The notes under the pieces are model-generated. The model was not told the DNA's origin. It searched no databases and saw only the letters and a program-made list of their open reading frames with translations. Shown here piece by piece: positions 1-13,200 of a stretch of DNA of 64,000 nt (within the stretch, counting starts at the first letter, position 1; every line of letters begins with the position of its first letter). The position numbers and the translations under genes are program-made. Origin of the DNA: Paraspadella gotoi (taxonomy: Eukaryota; Animalia; Chaetognatha); the NCBI GenBank assembly GCA_051294375.1, contig CM119271.1, positions 1,606,721 through 1,670,720 of the forward strand. Reading direction: 5' to 3'.

Positions 1-319
1 TTAAATTATGCAAGTTGACCAAGTTAGCTTATTACCACTTAATTATCGTAGGCAGATCCAACATTGTTTGCTCAAACTTGTTTATTCACAATCACATAAA
101 AGAACTTATAACTTTTATGACCCAAAAAAAAGAAAATGTTTTTTTCGGTCTTTTTAATTTTCATCATCGCGATTTTATTGCTTGTTATGGTGACTCGCTC
201 ACGATACAAACGAAGCAAATCGTGTAATGTTCCCTTCACCGATTTTGGCGGTAAATCACATTGGTTCTTTGGAATCATCAAAATTCCGGTGAGAAAGTGT
301 CAATCATTAAAGTAAGAGA

Positions 320-356
<37 letters not shown>

Positions 357-508
357 ATTATTATACTTATTATATTATATTACTTATAATTTATTAATTG
401 ATATATTTATCAAAGAACGAAACTAGATTCTATCAATGAATATTCAACAATCATACGCCTCCACATCTTCCCTTCACATCCAATCTCGCTTTTCCCCGTC
501 GATTCCAG

Positions 509-3500
509 ATCTCCGACTTGTCCAGACTCATGATGGAGAAGAGCCGCACCTTTGGCGAGCTCTTCCGCATCCGCGCCATCCCGTGGATGCCGTCGACGAC
601 TTTCGTCGTCGCCAACGAAGTCGGGTTGATCAAAGAGATGCTGGAGAGGAAAGAGTTCTCGTCACGTTCCCCCGTCGCCGACGCAGGAATGAGGATGATC
701 AATCCCGAGAAAAAGGGTAAGGTTAGAGGGATGGGGGAAAGAGGGTAAGGGCGATTTTGGGGGGGGGCTGAATTGACTTCTAAAATAGCTTGCGGATTCA
801 TATTTTTAAAAACAAATGTTGAAAACATCGAGACAAAACGTAATATCACAAAACGTATATTTCAATGCAAGTGCAAAATGGATCTTCAAAACAAACTCAT
901 TGTAAAAATATTGTCTCGCATCCGGTTAAATCTTTTGACCTTAAAATGACCGATTCTTTCCACTGTCTGGGCACTTTTATTTGGTTTCTTTTAGCCCCAG
1001 TTTGGAGAAACTTATCATTATAGTACGCCCGTCAGGTTCCACAGATTCCGCATTTTAAACCACAATTTTCATGATTTAATCTTCATAAAATAGAACGTTT
1101 TCGGAATTTATACCAAGTTTTCAAGATTTAATTCCACTTTCCAGATTTAGAGAGCCAGCAAGAATTTGCGGACCGACGTTAAAACAGCTCGGAACGCCGC
1201 TACCTCGAACGCTCGAAATAAGATACATTTTCTACACTCGTGCTAATATTTTTTTTAATAAAAATAAAAAAGAAACCTTTAATTTAAATAACAAGAAAAA
1301 ACAAAACAAAAGGGAAAATCACAAAAAAGACGTTAAATAATAAAAAAAAGTGACAAAAATACTCCATCACCCGATGCTCTAACAAAAGACAACAAATAAT
1401 AACTTATAATGACTATATCTTGATCAGGAATCGGGCTTCAAGACTACACACCAGCGTGGAGAAATCTGCACAAATTGTCATTTTCCATTCTCAATTTATT
1501 CGGATTCGGGAAACAATCCATGGAAAATATGGTAAACCCATTGAAGAAAATCGTGCACTATTTTTCAAAAGCGCCCCATTCCTGTCCCTTAATCCTTAAA
1601 CTTAATTTTATTTTGAATATTTAACCTGGATCTTTTTATAAATGTTCAGTTCTATCCCTTATTCCTAACCATAACCAAATCTGTAATCCTCAACCAAAAT
1701 ATAGTCCCCTACCTAATCTCTAACCATATTCCCTAACCTAATACTTAACCGAGAGATTTAAAAATTGATTAAATAATGAATTTATGCTATAATAAGGCAT
1801 TTTTGGATAATCTGTTTTTGTTACTTTACAACTTTACAACATCAGCCATCGTAACATAATTTTTCTAAAAGGTATTAGAAGAAGCAGATGCGCTGATCTC
1901 CGAAATGTTGAGCATCAAAGAAGCATTCTCAGCTATCGATCCCATCCGCGTGGCAATTGCCAACATCATCTGCCAGATCATTTTTGGCGAACGGTCAAAA
2001 ATTCAAAGACGATCTCCGCTTCACGAAGCTTTATTTGTATCCAGCGAAGGATATTTTGATCTTGGGAATGAACTTTCATACATTCTTTTCCCAAAGTAAG
2101 GTTTAAAAATATGAAAGCGTTTTTGGCTTTATTTTTCAAAAAAAAATTTTAAATTGATTTTATTTTAAAAATTAGGTTAAGAAAAAGGTTAGGGATTTAA
2201 ATTTGGAATGATGTTATGAACTTAGTAAGAGATAAGAGTTAAATATTTAAAATAAAAATTTAGTTCAGGGATTAAGAACAGAAATGCCGTATTTTTTCAG
2301 TTATTTTTGAGACCCGAACTAACTTTTTTAATCCACAGATTAATCGATTGGTACAAGACACCGCGGGCTCAAAAGATTCATCAATCTTTGCTTTTCGTAA
2401 AATCCTTCATCAAATCTTCAGTTTCATTTCACGAGGAAACTCTCGATGAGACTGAGGAGCCGAGAGACTTTATCGACGCCTTCATACGGGAACGTCGCCA
2501 ACATCCGGGTGCCGAACATCTCAGCGAGGAAAACATGATGAAAACGATCATGGATCTATTTTTAGCCGGAACGGATACGACCACCTCCTTGCTGAATTGG
2601 ACCATCGCTTGGTTGCTGCATAATCCCGACGTTGTTGAGAAGTTGCAAGCCGAATTGTTTGATGTTCTGGGTAAGTTGGTTATGAAATTGATACAACCAA
2701 TATAAAATTATCTATTTGTTCCTGACTGTGGACAGGCTATGGTGGTTTAAGGCATTCATCTCATAAACCACCAAAGCCTGTCCAAAGTCAGGGGCAAGAT
2801 AGCTTATTTATTAAATGAATGGATAATTTTTATATTGGTTGTACCAATTTCATAAAATCAGCTCCTTGTATTTTGATGCTAGTGCGGAGTACAATAAGTA
2901 TTCCCCGATCTAATACTTAAGGGAGTGGTCTTTTCATACAATTGAAACATTCTTTGAAATATTTTCCACTTCATTGATAGGGAAGCCAGGTACTCTGGGA
3001 GTGAATAAACGGGACTGTGAGAGAGTCTTGATTGAAAGCTTGCAGGGACCTGCTATGTAATTATCTTGTAAGAGTGATGGAGGCCTTAAACCACCAAAGC
3101 CTGTCCAAAGTCAGGGGCAAGATAGCTTATTTATTAAATGAATGGATAATTCTTTATATTGGTTGTACCAATTTCATAACATGACTCAATAAGCTTTCAA
3201 ATAAAGCCTCGTTCGTTAACGCCCAGAGTGCTTGGTTTCCCTACCAAGGAAGTAGATGTTTTTAAGAACTGTTTCACTATTATTATGTAACATTACCAAA
3301 ATACTAGGTGAAGATGGAAAACCATCGATGGCTGTTCTCAAGAACCTAAACTATCTTCGCGCTTTTATGGACGAAGTACAGCGGATGTCGACAGTGGCGG
3401 ATTTTACTGTTCCTCACTGCTGTTCGGCGGACGCTGAATTCAGGGGATACACGGTCAGTTTTATAAGGTATTTTCATTAACTTGCAATCAATTGATTAAA

Positions 3501-4132
3501 AATACATATTATTTTACTTTCCAGATCCCAAAAGGCGAAAAGATTTTATTTAATATTTATTCTGTTCATCGAAACCCAGATTTGTGGAAAGAGCCCGAAA
3601 TTTTTAAACCTGAAAGGTTTTTGAATGGGGATGGACATTACCAAAAAAATCCCAATCTGATTCCATTTGGGTGGGGAATCCGGTAATTTTTAAGGATTTT
3701 GATGTTTTTAAACTTTAGTTCTTTGTTAAAAGTTAGGCATATACTAATGAGTAATGATGTATAAAATGGCCGTAATACAAAAAAGACGACAACTCCAATC
3801 ACGACAACGACAACAACGACGAGAAAATTACCCCCTAGTCAATCTCACAACGATATTAAAAGTATAAAGATAAACAGAGCTTTATCCTGCATAATACTAC
3901 ATAATACCGTAAATTAAAAGTCGTCTGCCACAATAACTTATTTTTCAGACGCTGTTTGGGCGAGAGATTGGCTCGCCTGGAACAGTTCATCTTTACCGCT
4001 CGCATGGTCCAACGACTTTCCATTAACCCAGGATCTCGGTTGCCCGACATGAAAGGTCAACTTCATTTCGTCCGAATGTCGGGACCTTTCGCGGTCAAAG
4101 TGGAACGTAGACGTTTGACTGCGCGGGACTGA
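509..4132 (+). CDS. Cytochrome P450, clan 2 (CYP2-like); 7 exons visible, N-terminal exon(s) upstream of window
   Basis: Phase-consistent GT-AG exons: 509-716, 1428-1531, 1872-2095, 2339-2670, 3308-3453, 3525-3682, 3949-4132. They encode WRNLHK..FGFGKQSME (C-helix region), PRDFIDAF, I-helix DLFLAGTDTT, K-helix EVQR, PERF and heme motif FGWGIRRCLG; stop TGA at 4130-4132. Confidence 0.95.
2765..3180. mobile_element. Unclassified interspersed repeat (~325-bp unit with ~90-bp direct terminal redundancy), in a CYP intron
   Basis: taaaccaccaaagcctgtcc...gtaccaatttcataa occurs at both ends, with an inverted copy at ~2680-2760. Homologous pieces at ~5885-6085, 8140-8350, 18585-18660, 24050-24175, 36395-36500, 41945-42010, 47045-47270 and 62612-63016. 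Confidence 0.8.
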
Positions 4133-5320
4133 AAAATGTGAAGATTTCGGCCTTGTGTTCTCAAAGCGCCCCATTTCATCTTAAATTCAAAATTAAATTA
4201 GTTTTTATGTTTAAAGAAAGTTGGACAGACCGACCGACAACATACCGATCGACAGACCGACAGACCGACAGACCGACCCAAAAGGCGTAACTAAAAAGAG
4301 CTAAGATTCCTTAGTTTGGTCATTATTCTTTTTTCATATTGCTCGTAACAATTAAATAATGATTTTATAAAACAATTACAATTACACTTTATAAAACAAT
4401 TAAATAAAATTTAGATGTAAATTCATTTAATGAGCATGATAAAATTTTCTACAGCTGATGTGGAAAGTTTAAAATTTTGGAACTAAATTCAAAAAAATTG
4501 TTTGAACGGGTAGACATAACAACAATGATATAAAAATTGGTATACATAAAAATGTTAGGAGAATACAAACTATTAAAATAATTCATCTTCGGCAACAATG
4601 ACCTTCTAAAAGTGTCCACGGAAGGCGGCATATGCTTTTACGACCACGCCCATTGGAAATGCTGCAATTCCCGCCACTTTTGCCGCTGTCAGAAAGTCGA
4701 CAGTTCTTAACGAGATGCAGGGGACATTCTGCTTCTCTATCCTACATTTTCATTAATCAAGGGGATTGCAGCCACGAAAACTGCGCGGTCAAAAGTCAGG
4801 AATCATTGTCCTTCATCTTGATTTTTGTTAAAATTTCCTAAAATTTTGTAAGGGAAAAACGCAAAAAAAAAAAAAATTAATAATAATAATTAATTACATT
4901 AGTTGCCGTTGGATTTTCCAGACGATTGAAAGAAAAATTAACCTCGTTTCCAAATATAGTAGTGTTTTTTTTCTTCCATTATAAACCGTTTTTATGCTGT
5001 AAGCACTTGAACTTAGTCCCATTAGAGCTGGACCTTCCGGTATACAAGTCCAAAATCATTCGAAAAATATTTAAGTCAAAAAGACCAAAAAAAATGTTTA
5101 TAAAGATAAACGAGGAAATATGAGAAGGAGAGGGAATGATAGAATTAGATGCTTAATTAGTTATATCCTGAAAACTAACCAAAAAAAAATAAATAAATAA
5201 CCGGAAAACAAAATAAAACCAAAACAATATATAAAAAAATACGGTAAGTGCATCACATTTGTCAATCGCCCTAGTACATGGAGTCTGGACGTTAAACTTT
5301 AATATAGAAACAAGGATATC

Positions 5321-5395
<75 letters not shown>

Positions 5396-5603
5396 TCATA
5401 TGCACACACTCTCACTTTGGGTTCACGATTTTTGGTTGCAAACGGATACAAGAAGTCGCCATTCCGAGATTAAGCACAAAATAAAATAGAATTCGCATTT
5501 TGTCATTCCCACGTCTTTTGACTCGTGATTCTACGCCATCCCCACGCCAATTTAAGCATCATTCTACGCCATTCCGACGTAAATTGACTCGTCATTCTTT
5601 ACC

Positions 5604-6338
5604 ATGAATTTTCCAATAGACGCCTTGCAGAAGCTTTATCCGCAGCCTTCGGGAGCTTGCAGTTCGGCGTCACTTACTACAACGCCTCTATCCTCTTGGG
5701 TCTTAGTCGGCTTCAGCGCCGTCTTCGTCGTCGCGGCGCTCATCTGGGAATACCGGGCGCCGTCTCCAAGAGGTGGCTACCTGTTCGCCCTTATTCGCAG
5801 GAAAATTAAGCGGCTCGGGAACTGGAAACTTCCGGTAACATTTGGCAAACTTGAAAGTTTTTGAACAGATGTATGTAATTGGTACCATTGGTACAACCAA
5901 TATAAATATTATCCATTCAATTAATAAATAAGCTATCTTGCCCCTGACTTTGGAAAGGCTTTGGTGTTTTAAGACCTCCATCACTCTTACAAGATAATGA
6001 CATAGCAGGTCCCTGCAAGCTTTCAAGACTCTGTCTCGTTAATTCACTACCAGAGTACCTGGCTTCCCTTTCAATGAAGTGGTATATCATTTCTATACTT
6101 TAGTGGTGGAAGTATTTGTTATTTTAGTTATTCAAATTTATTATTTATTATCTTTAAATTATTTTTGATTTATTTCTTAGTACATTACTTTTGTCAGACG
6201 CTCCCTTGGAAATTGACCGGCAACCCTGGAACCGTTCGCGCCCACAACTTAAACTCCCCTTCGCGAACGCCTGGAGTTTCTACGGGCGAATCCGCAGCCG
6301 AAGGCTTTGACGTCTCATGGCAAACTCCGGCATCATGA
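5604..6338 (+). pseudogene. Orphan CYP-like N-terminus (TM anchor + basic stretch + Pro hinge) or small membrane protein; probable truncated duplicate
   Basis: Exon 5604-5834 (..WVLVGFSAVFVVAALIW..RRKIKRLGNWKLP|gt) splices in phase 0 to 6198-6338 (TLPWKLTGNPG...stop). KLP-x-LPW-x-L-x-GN resembles the P450 proline hinge. No downstream P450 exons were found before the Mcr gene. Confidence 0.4.
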
Positions 6339-6712
6339 ACCATTCGGGTTTAAAGTGTTGGAACAATTACAACCTGCCCACGAGTCACATCGCTCAACAT
6401 CTCTTGCATATTAAGTTTGGAGAAATCCTGTTTTAATTTTGTCACCTCATTTGCTAAATATTAACATTATTTACAAACTTTTTATCTCCATAAACAATAC
6501 ATTTTGAAACGTTAGCGTGTTTGTACAAAGAATAGAACGGGTTAATTTTACTTTCGCCGACCGGGGTTAGGTAGGGGTTGTGGTTAAGGGTGGTTTAGGT
6601 ATTTATATTACACAGGAGGTTGTTCCTGATAGGTGGTTAAGGGTGGCGAGGGTATTTTTAAGTGGTTTTTTTAAAAGACGCCAAATGGGCTTAAGCCTTA
6701 AAATAAAGATAT

Positions 6713-6913
6713 TGAAGAGACAGTAATTATTGATAAGTGTTAATGACAGAACCGTGCAATATATGCAGTCCCTGAGCTTCGGATCAGGCTGAAACACCAT
6801 GTTACAGGCGGGTTAAGCGCCCCGTCCCTCTTAACTGCTAGGCGGCCACCGGGCTAGAACCCCGGACCTTTGGGTTGGGAGGCGAATGACTTGCCTCCGG
6901 CACCAATGGCCAC
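6713..6913 (-). mobile_element. tRNA-derived SINE-like family 1
   Basis: The minus strand begins with a tRNA-like head: acceptor stem GTGGCCA/TGGCCGC, A-box-like TGGTGCCGGAGG and B-box GGTTCTAGCCC within a CCGGG/CCCGG stem. A ~125-bp body follows. Second copy at 41711-41899. Confidence 0.75.
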
Positions 6914-7197
6914 AGTCCTGTGCAAAAAAAAGATATCTTTTAAAATGAAAGATATTATAAGTGAATAATATTTATTGAAAAAAAATTATTGGTATAAATT
7001 TGGTTAATTTATAGCTATCTGTTACTGAGCAGTGAATTTTTAATAGTAACTATTCAGTGAAAACTACTAAGTATTCAAACAGAATATCAGAGTAAAAGGA
7101 AATTTTTAACCTTTTGTGTTTAAGATGCTGTAGCTCTGGAATGATTGGACTAATTTTTTTTAAATTATTCATATAATTTTTTTAAAAGATTTTTATT

Positions 7198-7675
7198 TTT
7201 CTTTCTTTCCTTTCTATTCTTTCTTTCCTTTCTATTCTTTCTTTCCTTTCTATTCTTTCTTTCCTTTCTATTCTTTCTTTCCTTTCTATTCTTTCTTTCC
7301 TTTATTTTCTTTCCTTTTTATTTTTTCTTCCTTTTTATTTTTTCTTTCCTTTTTATTTTTCTTTCTTTCCTTTCTATTCTTTCTTTCCTTTCTATTCTTT
7401 CTTTCTTTCTATTCTTTCTTTCCTTTCTATTCTTTCTTCCTTTCTATTCTTTCTTTCCTTTCTATTCTTTCTTTCCTTTTCTATTTTTCTTTCCTTTCTA
7501 TTCTTTCTTTCTTTCTTTTTATTCTTTCTTTCCTTTCTATTCTTTCTTTCCTTTCTATTCTTTCTTTCCTTTCTATTCTTTCTTTCCTTTCTATTCTTCT
7601 TTCCTTTCTATCTTTCTTTTCTATTCCTTCTTTCCTTTCTATTCTTTCTTTATATTTCTTTTCTTCCTTTTCTTT
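7198..7675. repeat. 18-bp pyrimidine minisatellite (TTTCTTTCCTTTCTATTC)n
   Basis: Tandem units are directly visible. Confidence 0.95.
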
Positions 7676-8554
7676 CTGTTTATAAATTAATTTTCTTTTT
7701 TTAAATTTGATTTTTTTTAGTATTAAAATTTGTCATCAATCCAGATTTTTCTTATGTGATTGCGACGATCCTTAAGCTTTTAACATTTTTTGGTTCATAA
7801 TTTTAAAAAAAATATAAATACAGAGCTCATAAAGTAAAGCTAAAAATATTTTTGGTTTTTGGCAGATTTTTAAATATATTGATAAATGACAAATAACAAT
7901 TTTTTTTATTAATGTTTTGGTAGTTATAGCTTTTGAATGCTTACACTGATTTTTATTAATTTATACATATGGATTTCCCATTTTAAAATCTATATTCATT
8001 ATTTATAAATTTTTATAGTATGTGTATAAAATGAGCGCAACTTAATATTTGAAGAGTATCCTCTTTTTTTTCACAAGACTGAATCAAGAAACGATTTGCT
8101 ATCTTTTGTTACTACTAAGGTAAAAATAATTCTATTTTAATCAAGACACTCTCACAGTCTTGTTTATTCACTCCCAGAGTACCTGGCTTCCCTATCAATG
8201 AAGTGGTATAATATTTCAAAGAATGTTTCAATTGTATGAAAATAATACTTCCTTAAGTATTAAATGTTTCAAAGAATTTTATGTCATGTTATCTTTGTAC
8301 AACCAATTCAAAAATAATTCTTCAACGAAAAAGCTATCTTGCCTTTGGACAAAAGATTTTTAATATTTTAAATCTCTCTCGATTTGGTTTTATACTTTTA
8401 TGATGTTAAAATTGTTTTTATTTGTTTATTGGTTAACATTTAACGAAAAAAATGCTAGGGTTTTTTTTGGTTGGAATATTAACTCATTTTATCACCAGGA
8501 TGTATTAAGCATTTTCCAATTTTGGAAAAAAATTTTTTACGCATTACTCTGTTG

Positions 8555-8587
<33 letters not shown>

Positions 8588-10240
8588 CTCAAATTGGTCG
8601 TCGACCCATCAAAAGTGCGGAGAAGCGAAGAAAAAAATTCGGCGCCAACTCTTAACTCGTTTTTCCACTGAGTTCCGAATCAAATCAAATCGATTTACTA
8701 TCTTTGATGAGGGGAAAAGTCGCGCTTATCCCTATAATTAACTGGGTCGGTCTGTCGGGACGACCCACTTATAAAATTTAATTATTTATTGCGTGTTAAC
8801 AAATTTCATGACAACTATACTTCAATTTAATTTTTAAATTTTATTATATCGATTAAATTTTCGTAACTTATGAAAAATTAAAAAAGAAAAGATATATATA
8901 TATATAAAATGAATTTATAGTTCTAAACGTTCTTAATTACCACATTAGCTATATTTAAAAGGGACCCGTCGAGACGTTGTTTGCTTTCGAAAACTTGTTT
9001 TATCTTTCATTAAAATAATAATAAAAGAGTTATCGAGATAAAAGAGAGATAAAGAAAGGGAAGGCAATTAATAAACTTTTTAAGAATCATACTTAATTAA
9101 GATGAAAAATTTGAGCGTTTTATAAGTCGATAATTTTCCGCGATTGAAAAATAACGAATTTCCAATCGAGATGCGCAATTTTTTTGAGCAAAACAAGAAT
9201 CGAAACGAGAAGATTGAGACAGAGAGGGGAGCGTAAGTTTATGACGATCGTGACGCGATGCAGACTAAATTAGAATTGAGAATTTATTGAAGATAAAATT
9301 GCCGTCTCATTAATAATGAGGGTCTGTAATCCGTGGATAGAGTTCATTTTGAGTCACAGGTTTAAAGAAGTTGTTCTTAATACTAGTTTTCAACAACAAT
9401 GAATCGAAAGAAATTACATAATGCCTAGTAGGCCTACTTAATACTTAAAATAATAAGTGTGTATAGTATACTGTATACTGTATACGTATACTGTATACGC
9501 TTACAAATCTTCATGTCGGGATATACCCTGCGGACCTGCGATTACTTACAAATGACAATAGAATCTAAATGCGGAGGAGGGGAAAACATGATGTATGTAA
9601 CATTCTTTACCGCATAATGAATAAGTCATATGCGTAAAAAAGTATCACTCTCATTAAAATGGACAAATAGAATAGTATGACATAAAGCGGCCTCAAAAAG
9701 GAGTGTCCGAATGCTACTCTTGATCGGCGAGCGGACGAAGATTCTTTTCCAAAGATGCTCCACAGTTTTTCTCTCTGCGAGATTATTAAGGTTCGATCCC
9801 GAAAAAATCCGGTTCAACGACAAAGATCTTCATACGACTGATTATGATTCCAAGTCTTTCATATTTGTCTCCCATTTCAAAGAACAAGACGCCGGAGATT
9901 ATAACGAGGGAGAGAAAAAAAAACAATTTTTTTATGTAACTAAATAAAAATTAAGGGGGAAATTGGGGTGATTTAATTTTTATTTAATTTTTTAAGGGGA
10001 AATGAACATTTTTTTTTGTTTAATCTTTCTTACTTAAATATATTATTTAATTTGGTTTTAAATTCAAAATAAAGTCTTTCATGAGTTTTAAACGAGTGTT
10101 CTATCAATTTGACTTTAATATTTTCATTAAAATAAATTATATAAACATAGTAAATAACTCTAAAGAAGTCTTTAATTCATATTTTTGGTCTTGTTTCATC
10201 TCGCAGTTAACTTCCGCGCTATTTTTTTTTAATGGAAAAA

Positions 10241-13200
10241 ATGAAAATATTTTACAATCTCGCTCTTTTGATTCAACGACCGTCATTTTCTCCGATCCTG
10301 TTATGCCTTTTGCTCCTGTGGCTCGTAGGGAGTGGAGCCGGACAAAATGCCGGAGAGACAGGGACGGGAAACGTTGTGACTGGGGGAGGTGTGTTACTGC
10401 GTTGGTTCAAGGGGAAGGTATACTTTAGACTAAAGTTTAGAGGGAATGAAGAAAGAAATTCAGCTATATAAAGGCGAGAGTAAGAAAGGGGGCAAACTTT
10501 TTTTGAAAGCAAATACCAAAAATCATTACATAGGTTTTAAATGGGAGTTAAATGAAAATATTTGTTATCACTCTAACTTTTATGTTCCGATATAACAAAT
10601 TGAGAATACTTTATATCATAACAACTGCCTTGTAGGAGCTTTTTATCGAGCCNNNNNNNNNNTAAGATTTTTTTGCAACTGTTTTACCCTCCTTTTGGAT
10701 ACTTAAATTTTAAACTTATCGTAACAAAATTAGAGCTAAATATTTTTATTACTTTGACATTTATGGGTTAGTATAATATTTCGGAAGCATGGAAATGAAA
10801 TGAATATATTTTTAGGTTTAATAAGGATAAAATTGTTATTTTCTATTAGTTTTTTTAGAAATACTATAAAATGAAAAAAGCTGATAGAAACTATAATATT
10901 TGTAAGATGAACCCACATTTTGTTTTTTTAATAGAAATATATCTTATACCCATGAGTTCCTTTTCAAATGCAAGAATTTTCCTTTTTTTTAAAAAAAAAA
11001 ATAAGCAATTTTTGTACCATGGTACAAAATTTTAAATCGCGATAACTAATAATTTAGTTACAGTATTTATATTTTTATTTGACTCCCATTTGAAATCTGT
11101 GTAAATAGTATAATCTTTTACTTTTTATAAACAAGCTAACAAAAAATTACCAGTTTATTACCATTTTTTTTGTTTTATAACTTAATTGTATTTTCAATAT
11201 GGAGAGGTACCGCAATTATAAAAAAAATGATATTTTTTGCTTCTTATTTATCTTATTTTTTAGGTTATTATCATTGGTAAAAGAATTAACAGGAAGAAAA
11301 GTTTTTCTGGATACAAATAAGAAATAGAGAGAAAACAGAGAGAGAGAGAGTACGCTAAAACTAGGACTGATCAGTGACCATGGACCAATAGAATGAAAAA
11401 CAGGATTTCAGGCATCTGTCTTGACTTAAGCCCCCCAGTCTTTTTTGTACTTACTCTGAGTCTTATTATTGCTTAGAGCTACTCACAGTGCATGCAATGA
11501 CTTTTAAAGAATTAATCATCTTGGTTTTCATGGGCAGGATCCGGAACCCAAAAAAATGTGATTACCCGACATCCTTTTTATGTCATTATGGCTCCCAAAA
11601 TAGTGAGTTTATATAACTTATTATAGATTGCCAGAATCATCGGTTTATTGTTGCTTAAGGAATTTTTTAAAAAGTTGAATGATAAGGAAATTTATAAGTT
11701 CCTTTTTTAGCTTTTGATTACTTAAGATTAATTTTTTATCTTTACGGTTTTTAATTGTAAAGTAATTTGAAAAATGTTCAAAATAATTAATTAATTGATA
11801 AATTAACTAATTATTAACTGCGATACTTCGTTCTACAGGTAAGACCCGATATCAAATACAAAGCCATCGTTACAATCACTGAACATTGTCCCTACAATTC
11901 GGTGAGAGTCAGTGGGACAATCACAAGAAACGGGATGGAGATTGCAGGCGATTCTAAGGTGATTGAAAGGAATGTGAGGAGTAGAAGGAGGGATAGGAGA
12001 AGGAGGATACCGAGGAGGAGGTAATGGTGGGGGGGAGAGACAAAAAAGAGAGAGTTGGGTGGGGGATTATTAAAAGGAGAAGAGAAAACAGTAGGAATGC
12101 ATTATCAGTATTAAAGAGAGAAAAAATGTTGTTTAATTTTATTAAAAGATAATTTAAAATGTTTTCTGGCTTTCAGGTTTTTTACAGAGGAATTCCGGAC
12201 CACCTTTTGATGTCAGTTCCAAAGAATACGGATATTGGGAATTACGAGTTTATTGCTCAAGGTGATGATAATGATTGATAATGATCTTTGTAAATACTAT
12301 TCTGATTAAACAAATAATGATTCTTGATATTTTTTTTCCCCTCTTTTGGGTTTTAATATTTATATCTTTTAATCTCAATCTTTTAATCCTAATTTTTTTT
12401 TTTCTTAGGCTTCGTCGATGTCACCAAAGGTTTTTTATTCAACGAGCGTCAAAGTCTCGAGTTTGATTCCCGGTCACTCATAGTTTTTGTTCAAACATCG
12501 CAGCCAATACAGAACAATCTTCTACCCATCACGTTACGGGTCATTGCATTGAACAAGGATCTTTCGCCCTACACGGGTGAGATGGATTATTATTAGTTTA
12601 TTAATTCCAAAGTGCTTGGCTTTCCTATCAATAAAGTGACAATATCTTTTAACTACTCCTAGAAGCATTAGATCAGAGAATACTGCTAATATTAATAAGT
12701 TCTTTTTTTTCCTCCCAGGAAATGTGGAGGTTAAAGTCATAGACAAAAATGACGTCGTCTTAAAATTTTACAAAAACATCCGCTGCTTTCAGGTCGCAAT
12801 AGAATGAAGGGACCCACTGAACATTAACCACGTTAATTTTCCGCGACCATTTTTAAATACCTAACTTTTGATTTCCTATTGCAGGGCGTGGCACGAATCC
12901 CCACTTTCGACCGTCCAGGGTCAGTCCCCAAGCCGCTTTGGCGAGTCGTTGTTCGCGCGCAGAATCACGACTATGTCACGATGATGTACCAAGCAAGAGT
13001 CAAGCAGAACAGGCTGGAGGCGAGTGATTGATAGGGTGATTTGCTTGTGTTAAGAGGTTGTAACAGTTGACGTTGATTGATTGTTCCAGAATCATGTTTT
13101 ACCTCCAGTAGTTCTTACAGTTTTTATTATTTATAATTATAATTAATAAATTAATAATTCCCGGTTAAACTCCCAAGGTAAACGTCTCCTCCCCGTTAAT

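Noticed and set aside
1990-2050. Alternative frame FKDDLRFTKL in CYP exon 3 suggesting a frameshift
   Set aside because: The uninterrupted frame aligns acceptably and splices in phase 2 to the next exon (LFPK|LIDW), so no frameshift is needed.
6840-6913. Functional tRNA genes at 6840-6913 and 28970-29040
   Set aside because: The anticodon stems do not pair properly, and each is attached to a longer repeated body, consistent with SINE heads.
6913-8081. Possible Tc1/mariner-like MITE bounded by cagtcctgtgcaaaa / ttttcacaagactg (similar end at ~39961-39985)
   Set aside because: The TIR match is short and imperfect, and there is no TA duplication on both sides; insufficient support.
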